From contig CM052816.1 of the NCBI GenBank assembly GCA_028534125.1, positions 62,932,001-62,996,000 on the forward strand: a stretch of DNA of 64,000 nt, given 5' to 3'. The stretch comes from Lama glama. Lineage: Eukaryota. The position numbers and the translations under genes are program-made. Under the pieces are notes generated by a model. The model made no database searches. It was not told the origin of the DNA and saw nothing but the letters and a program-made list of their open reading frames with translations. Position 1 is the stretch's first letter. The number at the start of each line of letters is the position of its first letter. Positions 26,834-37,888 of the stretch are shown piece by piece.

Positions 26834-29383
26834 CATCCATTCCCGATTTTAAAAACTCAACAAAGTGGGCACAGATGGAACATAACATAATAAAGGTTGT
26901 ATATGACAAGCCTACAGCCAACACTAAACTCAGTGGTGAAAAGTGAAAGCATTTCCTTTAGGAATAGGAACAGACAAGGATGCCACTCTTGCCACTTTTA
27001 ATCAGACAAGAAGAAGAAATAAAAGGCACCATCAAACTGTCACTGTTTCCAGATAACATACCATACTTAGAAAACTCTTAAAGACACCACCAAAAAACTA
27101 CTAGAGCTCAATGAATTCAGCAAAGTTGTGAGATACAAAATTAATATATGGAAATTGGTTGCATTTCTTTACACTAACAACAAACTATCAGAAAGAGAAA
27201 TTAAAGAAACAATCCCACTATAAAACATCAAAGAGAATAAAATACTTAGGAATGAACCTGCCTGAAGAAGTGAAAAACCTGAACTTGGAAAACTATAATA
27301 TACTGATGAAAGAAACTGAAGATGATACAAACAAATGTAAAGATATACTGTGTACATGAATTGGAAAAATTAACATTTTGAAAATGATTTTACTACCTAA
27401 GGCAATCTAAAGATTGAATGGAATCCCTATCAAATTGCTGGTGTCATTTTTCACAGAACTACAATAAATAATTTTAAAATTTGTATGCCAATACAAAAGA
27501 ATCTGAATAATCAAAACAATACTGAGAAAGAAGAACAGAGCTGAAGGAATCAAGCCCCCTGACTTCAGACTATACTATGAAGCTACACAATACAGTACTG
27601 GCACAAAAACAGACCCAGAGATCAATGCAACAGAACAAAGAGCCCAGAAACACACCCATGCACTTATGGTCAATTAATCTACAACAAAGGAGGCAAGAAT
27701 ATAGAATGGAGAGAAGACAATCTCTTCAATAAGTAGTGTGGGGACAACTGGACAGCTACACGTAAAAGAATGAAAGTAGAATTTTTCGCACACCACATGC
27801 AAAAGTAAGCTCAAAATGGGTTAAAAATATATATGTAAGACCACATACTATAAAATGCCTAGAAGAAAATATAGACAGAATACCCTTTGATATAAGTCAT
27901 AGGAATTTTTTTTGATCTGCCTCCTAAAGTGAAAGAAACAAAAGCAAAAATAAACAAATGGGACCTAATTATACTTAAAAACTTTTGCGCATCAAAGGAA
28001 ATCATCAACAAAACACAAAGACAATCCACCTAATGGGAGGAAACATTTACAAAGGATATGACTGATAAGGGGTTAACATCCAAAATATACTAACAGCTCA
28101 TAAAGCTCTATCAAAAACAACCCAATTAAAAAAACCGACAAGGCTTGCATAGACATTTTTTTCCAAAGAAGACATATAGATGGCCAACAGGTACATAAAA
28201 AGATGCCCAACATCACTAATCATCAGGGAAACGCAAATCAAAACCACAATGAAATACTTTTCAGAATGGCTATTGTCAAAAACACAAGAAATAACAAGTG
28301 TTAGCAAGGATGTAAGGAAGGGGGAACCCTTTTGCACTGCTGACAGGAATGTAAATCAGTGCAACAACAGGAAAACAGTATGAAGATTCTTCAAAAAATT
28401 TTAAAAAGATCTGTCATACAATCCAGCAATTCAAGTCCTGAATATTTACCTGAAGAAAACAAAAGTTTAGTTTCAAAAGATACACGTATGCACCCCTATG
28501 TTCATTGTAGCGTTATTCACAATAGCCAGAATATTGGAAGCAACCCAAGTGCCCATCAATTGATGAATGGATAAAAAAAGAATGAAATAATGTGATTTGT
28601 GACAACATGGATGGACCTAGAAGGTATTATCCTACATAAAGTGAGTCAGACAGAAAAAGACAAATACTATATGATTTTACTTATGTGGAATCTGAAAAAC
28701 ACAACAAATGAGCAAACATAATAGAAACAGAATCATAGACACAGAAACAAACAGGCGGTTGCCCGGGGGTAGGGGGGTTGGCAGATGAGTGAAATAGGTA
28801 AGAGAAATTAAAAGGCACAAACTGCTAGTTGTAAAATAAGTGAGTCCTGGGGATGATATGAGCAGAGTAGGGAATATAGTCAATAAAAACATCATCTCTT
28901 TCTATGGTGACACGTGGTAACTACACTTATCCATCATGATCATTTTGTAATGTATAGAAATACTGAATCACTATGTTGTGCACCTAGAACATAGTGTTGA
29001 AGGTCAATTTTACTTCCAAAAAGATAAGATTTGCGGTTACCAGAGGCAAAAGATGTGGGGACGGGGAACTGGATGAAGGTGCTCAAAAGGTACAAACTTC
29101 CAGTTATAACTAAGTCCTAAGGATGTAATGTACAGGATTAACATAATTAACCCTGTTGCATGTTATCCACATGAAAGTTGTTCAGAGAATAAATCCTAAG
29201 AGTTCCCATCACAAGGAAATCTTTTATTTTAATTGTTTATCTATATGAAATGACAGATGTTCACTAAACTTATTGTGGTAATCATTTCATGATGATTTCA
29301 TGTATGTGGGTCAAATCATTATGCTGTACACCTTTACACAGGGCTGTATGTCAGTTATGTACCCATAAACTGGAAGAAAAAAA
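26834..29383 (+). mobile_element. Older L1 (part of RT to 3' end) with doubled 3'UTR
   Basis: RT-region motifs (TATGACAAGCCTACAGCCAAC, ACAAGGATGCCACTCT, IKYLGMNL). Degenerate TSD AAAATCAATTTGTCGA (26818-26833) / AAAATCTTTTTGTTGA (29380-29395), 13 of 16 matching. Confidence 0.92.
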
Positions 29384-29389
29384 TCTTTT

Positions 29390-30265
29390 TGTTGAGAACT
29401 GCCCAAGGTCTGATGTTTAACCCTACTTGTAAACTAACAAATAATACTGCCACATTTTCATGGATGCAGGCAGAAGATAAAAGACTCCTGGGTCTGAGAC
29501 GAAGTACTTTTTCTCAAAACAGTAGCAGTAGTCAAGGTCTGAGCATTTTCACCAGCTGTCCTAACCTCCACTCCCACAGAACCTTATGAATAGGGCCAGG
29601 GGCTATGGGCTGAATGTTTTTATCTCCTCTACATTCTTATCTTGAAGCCCTAACCCCCACAGTGATAATGATTCGGAGGTGGGGACTTCGGGAAGTAATT
29701 AGGTTTAGATGGGGTCATAAGAGTAGAACCCCCATGATGAGAGCAGTGCCCTTATAAGAAGAGAAAAAAACCAAAGCTCTCTCTCTCTTCGCCACGTGAG
29801 AGGTGAGGATCCTCCAGGGTGGCAGCTCTGTAAACCAGGAAGAGGGCCCTCGGAAGGCATTGAATCTGAAGCCACCTGCTCGTTGAGTTCTCAGCCTCTG
29901 AAAACTGAGAAATACATGTCTGTTGTTTAAGCCACCCCATCTATGGTATCTGGTTACAACAGCCTGAACCAGATACCAGGTAACACCTGCACACATAGTG
30001 GGTTTTGTTACAAGACAGGAACCCCAAGCGTAAAAAGCCTGAGCTTTTTGTAATAGACAGTATTTGAACTTTGTTCCAGAAGGAAGCATTATTTTTGTTA
30101 TCTTGAACAGTAAACAAACCTCCCTTTATTATGGGAGGATTTACTATGTGTACCTTTCAAGGCTATTTGCTATACAAGCATCCTTGAAAAGAGAGTCTAG
30201 AGCAAAGCTGTCAGAGTCTCTGCTTGAAGAAACGACAGGAACCTATGCAGAGGTGTCTTCCAACA
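29390..30265 (-). mobile_element. Old ERV solo LTR (family uncertain), split by MLT1A
   Basis: TG..CA termini (TGTTGAGAAC..CTTCCAACA); AGGTCTGA..ACCCTACTTG..TTTCATGGATGC..AGACTCCTGGGTC. Confidence 0.6.
29601..29975 (+). mobile_element. MaLR solo LTR, MLT1A-like
   Basis: GCTATGGGCTGAATGTTT..TGAAGCCCTAACCCCCA..GTGCCCTTATAAGAAGAG..TGTTGTTTAAGCCACCC; perfect 5-bp TSD CCAGG (29596-29600, 29976-29980). Confidence 0.92.
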
Positions 30266-30269
30266 TATG

Positions 30270-30690
30270 AAGTTACAATTGTGCTTGGTGACGTATAACA
30301 GAAAATCTAATGATGATTTAAACTAGATAATATTTGTGCCTCATTACTCATGCACAAACACACACACAATGTCCAGGGTCAAGTGCTCCAGGGCTGGTTT
30401 GGTGGTTCAGTGACACCATGGAGGACCAAGCCACACCCTTTCTCTCTTCCCTTGGCTTTTATCCACAAGCTTGCTACCTCACAGTGGCAACATGGCTGAT
30501 ACCGTCCACACAGCATTCCCACATACAAGACAGGCAGAAGACAGAAGGGGCAGCACCTGCATCAGAAAAGTCAAAACCTTTCCTAAAGCCCTCAGCTTCT
30601 GCCCATTCACCAACATTATGTTCACAGCGTTGTCATAACTGCAAAGCAGTTTGAGGAAGCAGGTATGCTTATCTGGCAATTTAGTCTTAA
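30270..30690 (-). mobile_element. Old MaLR LTR (MLT1J/K/L-like)
   Basis: TAACAGAAAA..TTAAAC..CCAGGGCTGGT..CAACATGGCTG..TAACTGCAAAG. Confidence 0.6.
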
Positions 30691-31489
30691 CTATTAAACG
30701 GTAATCCTTCCTCTCTGATGGTCCCTTAGTATGCTGTTCCACCTCTGGTCTCCAGTGCATTGAGGAGTCTCTCTGAGATCTTGTTCAAGTGGCAACCCCA
30801 CCGCTATAGTTTTCTTTGTCTTGCCAGGCACAATGTTGCTGCCCCCGATCAACCAGCCACGTGGAACGAAGAACATCATTTTCCGCTTCCTAGCTGAGCA
30901 TAGTACACGGCTGTATCTGGGGTACTGCAAGGTTGAGAATCACTCCTTGTTTCATAACTACTGCAACAGGGACTAAATCAGTAAGTGATTTTCACAACAA
31001 AAGTAAATCACAGAAACAGACCTGGAGTGCCAGGGTGCAGAATTAGTTTTGTATTTTGTGCTGTTGTGATGGAATACGTTACTCACTCTCCATAACCATT
31101 GTTCTTCTCCTGAGTAATCTCCTAAAAACACTGTTCAGCTGTATCTTCTCAGTGGATGTGTTTAATCTCGACTAGAGCATGGAAATCTGTGTGAAAATAT
31201 TCCCCTCTGTATTTTATTTTTTGCCTGTGCAGTTGAATAGGTAATACTTCCTGCTACCAATAATGGTGAAAAGGAACCAACATCCTTTTCCAGCCACCAG
31301 ATTTTTTATTTTTCATGCAGGAGCTTTGTTTTTGTCCTAATCCATAAGAAACGTAAGGCAAGAATTCAGCCCAACTCTCACTCAGCCTTTTCTACCATTT
31401 CAATGTCCCTAAGAAAATTTCCTGTAATTGAAAGGTAACCCAAAGAAGACCTGTATCCTTATGCAGACGTTTTTCCCAAGTATATCCCA

Positions 31490-31742
31490 TGTTACATTGC
31501 AGTGGTTCGCAGAGGAATCTTGGAATGAAAAAGATCTATGTTTGAATTACCACTCTGCCGCTTAATGTGCTTTCTAACTTTGGGCAAGTTACTTAGCTTC
31601 TCAGACTAACTCATTATCCGCAAAATGATTATATAAGAAGTATTGCCTATCTTGCTGGTCTATTGTAAGAATCAAATGAGAATGTATCGACAAATGTTTA
31701 ATACAGTTTCTAGCACTTAGCTACCATTTACTAAATGCTATC
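31490..31742 (+). mobile_element. MIR SINE (near full length)
   Basis: CTCTGCCGCTTA..ACTTTGGGCAAGTTACTTA..GTAAGAATCAAATGAGA..TAAATGCTA. Confidence 0.75.
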
Positions 31743-32436
31743 AGTGAGGCTCTCGAATATTTTACTAGTTAGTCCAAATTGATTTCGGAAGTACTATATA
31801 CCAAAATACCTTCAATATTCTCAATAAGCATTATCCTAACACTACACCTAAAAAGTCCTGCAGCAAAAGCTGTTTAACTTGATTAGCCTGTTTATGATTT
31901 GAAATTTTAATTTATTACTCCTGCTCTCCTCTGGGTTCTCATTAATCAAGCAGAGGCACAGGAGTCAAATGAGGATCAAAGTGTCAGTTTATTAGAGGAT
32001 ATTCAGTAACTCCTGAAGAACCGTGTGCAGCTTCACTCTGGATTCAAAAACATATCTAGAACCTCAAAGTGACTTCACAAAGCAAGCAGTGCCTATTTAC
32101 CCTTTGACATAGTCATCCAGTCACCCGAAAAACTTGGGTCAATCAATGCCGGGTTCACAGGGTTGGGGGAGCAAATGGAAGAGGATGAGCACCAGGGAGG
32201 CAGAGAGAAGGGGAGAAAGAGGGGTGGCTGAGGAATTAGTGGTATTCTATTCAAGCATCCCTTCCAATAGGCTATCTAGTTTGAAAAAAAAAAAAAAAAG
32301 CAAGAAAGGAGAAGTGGTCTCCTTATACACAATTTAGCATTTTCTAAATGTTCTTGGACATGAAATACTTGTGTTAACAACACATGCAAAACATCCTAGA
32401 ATAGTATTCTGCAGAATAATAACTTTAGAGAGCATC
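31743..32436. mobile_element. hAT-Charlie remnant apparently split by an old LTR-like segment (~31912-32328)
   Basis: CTGTTTAACTTTG and AACATCC..TAGTATTCTGCAGAATA..CTTT Charlie-like motifs flank a GC-richer segment containing a reversed poly-A signal (GTTTATTAG). Confidence 0.35.
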
Positions 32437-32544
32437 AATTATATATATATGTAGTATCAAACAGACTTGATTCCAAAGTAAATTAGCCAGGATTTTTTTA
32501 AATCCCACTATGGAATCACTTTGGCACTTTATCCTACTTTTCTT

Positions 32545-32700
32545 TCAACACTTAACATGCCTTGAATTGCTTTACAGCTATTTGTGTGCAAGACTTATCT
32601 GCTAGACTTCTCTGAGGTCAGGGATCTTATCCCTGTATATATTGAATCCCCTGCCATACTCAGCACTGGGTTGTGAAGATAACAGATACAAATCTAATAG
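32545..32700 (+). mobile_element. L2 3' end fragment
   Basis: CTAGACT..CTGAGGTCAGGGA..TGAATCCCC..CAGCAC. Confidence 0.5.
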
Positions 32701-35377
32701 GTATAATATAAAAGAATTAGTCACCAACCAATTAACCTCTCAGCGACAGTAGCATTTCTTTCACCTAGAACATCTGAGGACAGACTAGCAAATGCTGACC
32801 ATATCTTCTGTGTCCTAAATGAACATGAGATGGTTGTAATTTATTTAAGTCAGATCATTTCTTAACAAATGGATTTGCATGTCCTTGTATACTTAGGACC
32901 TTGCTTAATCCCAGCCTTATATAATGGCTTAGTTAGGTATAATGTCGAGATCATTTCACCAAATAGAAAAGAAAATAAAACCATCTCAGGACTTTGGGAA
33001 ACCTTTCAAAACAGGGAGTCACTGAGAAATTCCATCCATTGTTTTATACAAGACACTGCTTTTTCCCTTTCTCTAGGTGCTTCTATATGCATCTTTATCA
33101 ATCTTTTTCCTAATTCCATCATTCTCCCCAAAGATTCTGATTCCAAAGTTCTTAAGGAAATCCTAGTAATAGCCCAGCTCCACAAGGACAACGTGTGGCA
33201 TAAAACAAACAAGTACAGTGAATCAACTGAGAAATAGAAAACAAAATCTGTCATCGAAACATATCCAGGTTACTGAAGTCATCTCTGATCTGATGTTCTC
33301 TTTAAGTCAGTGGGTCAGAATTCTTATTTTTGTGATGAACCACTAGCCACTGTCCTCAAGTATGAGCCATAAGCCACTTGTATTCTATAAAAGTGAAGTA
33401 CACACACAGAAGGACATTCTGGTCTTTATGAAAACTATTTTATCTTACGAATTTTGGGATGAGTTATATTATATGCACTTTCATTATTATGCATCAGAGA
33501 AGAGCATAATCCCAGATGTCTAACTGGTAAACTTCAACTGTACTGTGCTTTTGATTTTGCCCCATAGCTGGTGGTCAGAATTTGAATTTCAATTAAACTG
33601 TCTGAGCCCAACACCAGTACAGCTGGTGACAAATGAACTGCTTAATCCAACTGATCATTTAAAATCAGTCAATATAAGTAAGCAATTGTTTGACTAGTTC
33701 TATGTATTTTTCTTTTTTCTTTATTTTTTTTGAGTAGAGGTTCAATCTTTGCAGTATGCAGACAAGGCTGGTTCAATGCAACCACCAAACAAGTGTTACT
33801 GAGCCCCTCTTGGTGCCTCTCCCAGGCTTACATGGAGCCTTAATACTTATGTGGCAAGAAAAATGAAGTCCAATACCTGATTATGACTATAGGTAACTGT
33901 CAATAAATGTAGTCATTTGTGAATATCCCTAGGATATTTTACTGGTTGATTTTTAAAGTACCTTAATCTGGAAATTTCTGAGACAGCATCCCCTTATTGC
34001 TATACAGTTACCCCTGAGGTGATGGTGACAGTATTTGCTCTGAAAGAGGCACTTCCTATTGAAGAAATTCCAATGGAGCTCTTTTAGGATCAACACATAA
34101 ATTTATGTAAAAATCAAACCAGATGATAAAGGATATATATCTATATATCAGTTAACTTTTTAGACTTCAGTACCTTCCTGTCTACTTGCCTCCTCCAAAC
34201 TCAATCCGAGAAGGGAGTCTGTGTCCTGATTACCTGTCTACACTTGTTTTACAAGGAATGCCCTTAGCTTGGCAGAACAGTAGCAGTGCCATGTGCTTCT
34301 TGTTGATAAAACCCATTCAGTAGCCTAGGGAGATGCAAAGACTCTTGTTTCTGGGCTGGGTAGAGCAGAAAACCAGATTATGCCTTCAGCTATAAGGTAT
34401 TCCTAAACGCTAGATGCCAGACTTAAGAGATTTCCAACAGGGGCCCAGTTATCCTTTCTGACTCCCACTGTGTAAGCCCCCTACAAAGACGACCCACAGC
34501 TGGCCTCTTTCCAGGCCAAATACTTAGCTCTCCGACTGCTCTGTCAAACACCCTTCTCTGTCTACCTCTCTCTCCAACCAACTCGCGCTCTCCAATAGCA
34601 CATGACTTGTTCCTACCAAAAAAGTCATACTCCTGCCGGAATCCTGCTGTACAGAAGTATATAGAATGGTTCTAAGAGGCTAAGAAGTCAGACTCAAATG
34701 TCAGAAAGATGCTGTCAGGCTACTTGAGACATTTTTTTCCCAGTTGCCTGAATCTTATTGAGGGCAGAATGAAGGAGACAAAGGGAAGAAGATAAAGTGA
34801 AAATTCTTAAGCTCTTTGTGCTGGCATCAGAGTGATATCAACATGGTGTCAAAACTCAGGCCTAGGACTCCACAGTATTTTGACAGGGCTGGACTTTTTT
34901 TTAATCACTGAAACACCTGGAATTTCCAGGGACACATTCAGCTCTTTGAATACTTCTATTGACTTTATCCAGTAAAAAATATATCTTATGGCCTAACCAG
35001 TTGATGACTGAAATTCCAGGAACCTGGAGAAGAAGAATAGGATAAAGGGTTTGGTTTTTTTTTTTTAATTGTATTTAGGATCTTATTGTCCAAAAATATC
35101 ATTCCCCTTATGTATAATGCAAGTTACTTTCAGTCTCTATCTTTTGCTTATTGGTACAACAGCCCTAAAATTCCAGGATACTCAAGAGTTTATATATATC
35201 AAGATTTTATTTTAGAAAGTAAGTTAATTAGCAATTGTTGACTGGCATTCATCAGATAGTCAAAAATAAATTTGGAATAGGTAATTAAAAATCCTGCCTG
35301 ACAGTTTTGTAAACTCTAGGTCTAACAATGAGTCATGCCAAGACAGAACTTTTTTCTTCTTTCTATTTGCTGTGTTT

Positions 35378-35404
35378 TGTGTGTGTGTGTGTGTGTGTGT
35401 GTGT
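35378..35404 (+). repeat. (TG)n microsatellite
   Basis: About 13 TG units. Confidence 0.95.
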
Positions 35405-35769
35405 CACTTATAAATGCAAAGAATGTTTTTTACTCCCAAAAGATCTATAGAGGCAATAAAGCTATGGATAAACAAGTTGGATATTCTCATGCCTCACCTA
35501 CAAAGTTGTGCTTCTAACTGCAGAATTTGTGGTTTGGTGATGACACTAAGTAGAGAGAACACAGCTTGATTTTTCACATCATGGGCTGAATTTTAAATCC
35601 TAATAGTTAAAAAAAATCAGCTTGTGATTTAGAAACTGTACAAATGCAAGTAAATATAATTAAGAGAGAATAAATACGGAAATCACAAGGTTATACTCAA
35701 GTTCTCATCACATTCCAACACATACTTTAGCAGAAACTATCTAGGATGCTGTAACGATGCTTCACACAT

Positions 35770-37090
35770 CATTCGTTCACTTAGTTGTTCCTTAAGTATT
35801 TTTTGAGTGTCTACCACATGTTGGGCCTATTCTACCACTTGGAAAATACAATGATGAAAAACGCCTCAGTTTCTCATGAAGCACACAGATACAAGCATTA
35901 TTAAAGAGAACTGTAGGATGCTTGAGGGGTTTATAACAGGAAAATCTGATCATGGACATAAGGAAGTTCTTCCCTGAGGAATGTCATTTGAGCTACAATC
36001 CAAATAAAGCATAAGTTAACTAAGTGATGGTGCTGTTTAGAGATGGTGGGGCAGGCATGTGTAATCCTCGAAGTGGGAAATGAAAAAAAAAGAAAAGATG
36101 TCTTGTTGGGACAGATATATTTAGAAAGAATGGCAAGAAATGATGAAGATACAGATAACTGAGAAGCCACTAAAAGGTTTTTAAGCATTAAAGTAACAGG
36201 ATGAGATACAGGATTTGAAAAAATACATATTTTTGCATACATTATGAAAAATGAATGGAGCATGTTGAGCAAGAGTGGTTGCATGGCGACTCATTAGGGG
36301 GCTTCTACAGTGTAGTTTTGAGATGAAGGTGGATTGAATTTGATTGGAGTGGAGGACACACAGAGGAGAAGTCAGATTCCAGATGGCAAAATTAGCAGGG
36401 CATTCTGATAAGTATGACAGCAGGGCTGGGAAGGAAGACGTGAAGTGTAAGGATGTATGAGGAATACTCTCAGATTTTTAACTTGTACAAATGGATAATG
36501 ATGTTCTTGACTAAAGTGGGGAGTACTGGAAGAAGGAAAGTTTGAGGAAAGATCATTAGTTAAATTTTGGACTCTGCCTTAAAGTTGCTTTTTGAGATAC
36601 CTATGTAGAGGTAATGAAGCAGTTGGATACAAAGGTCAGATTTGAAATGGTAGTATACATTTAAAATTTATTGGCTTTGGTTGGTTACAGAAGCCTTGCA
36701 TGTGGAGTAATATTCCCAAGAAGAGAATATAAAAAAGGTAAGTAAAACTAGGACTGAACCTTGAGAACATGAAGTCTAGCCAGAGGTTGATGAGCCAGTA
36801 AAATGGTCAGAGAAAGAGCAATCTGGAAATAGTAGAAAACCAGAAGGTTCTGACGTCAAGGACGCCAGTGGAAAGACAGGTCTTCCAGAAGAAAGGAGAG
36901 ATCAAATATTATGGAATCATGTTAAGAGGTTGAGTAAAGGGACCATTAAATATCACCATTAAATTTAATGTCAAGAAGTTAGAACCAATTTTGCAGTTTT
37001 AAGAATGAAAGCCAAATCTTAATGGCTGAGTAGTTAATGAAAAATGAAGAAACAGAGACTATAAATGTAGACTACTCCTTCTGACAGATC
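35770..37090 (-). mobile_element. L2 LINE fragment (~1.3 kb)
   Basis: Reversed tail ATTCGTTCA..TATTTTTTGAGTGTCTAC; CTTCCCTGAGGAATGTCATTTGAGCT; GCAGTTGGATAC; AGGACTGAACCTTGAGAAC. Confidence 0.8.
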
Positions 37091-37448
37091 TGAAAAGGGG
37101 CATTAGGGCCATACCTAAGGTGAAAGTAAGTTTGATTGGCTTCTTTTGTTGGGTTCTCAAAAGATATATGCTACTCTTCTTTAAGCTCATTCTTTTTGAG
37201 GAAAAAGGATAATATATTCATAAACTCTCTCCGTCTTAGAACATTCATCATGAAACAAATTTCTACTTCACTAGAGTTAATTGATTTGAATTTTATAAAA
37301 CTTCTGGCTAAGTGTATACATAACAAATAAACTATTTGGAAATTGATTTAAGTTGATTGCTAAGATACGATTGGATTACTGGATCAAATGACAATTTGTG
37401 CTATCTTAACAGAAAAAAGAAAAACCCTTCTATTTATTTTTACTAAGT

Positions 37449-37888
37449 ATATCATTCAGGGTTCAACCAAAGAAGCAAAACCAGTAGGAGATATTATATA
37501 TCTATATATAGAAAGACAGATACGTATAAATATAGATAGGATATATCTCTGTTATGGAATTCATTAAAAATAATGTGCTTACTCATATCTGGGGACCTGA
37601 CTAAGCAAGTCTGAAACCCAGAGAGCAGGCCGCAGGCAGAGAAGGGCACAAGCAGTCTGTGACCTATAGGGCACAAGCTGAAACTTTTTTGTTCACAGTT
37701 GAGAGTCTCTCTATACTAAAGGAAGACTCAAGACTCAAGATCTGTTTTAAGGATTTTCTGACTAAGTCAGGCACATTGAGGATAATTTTCTTTTTGATTT
37801 ACTTACTAGAATGACTATGGTCTTTAATTATTACATACTCAAATTCCACTCACAGTAGCACCTATATTGTTTGATTTAAAGAACTTGG
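37449..37888 (-). mobile_element. MLT2-type (ERVL) LTR, cut by L1
   Basis: TCAGGGTTCAACCAAAGAAGCAAAACCAGTAGGAGAT..GCAAGTCTGAAA..TCACAGTAGCACCTA..GTTTGATT. Confidence 0.7.

Noticed and set aside
32869..33237. 122-aa ORF
   Set aside because: No recognisable homology; length is within chance expectation for a 64-kb six-frame scan.
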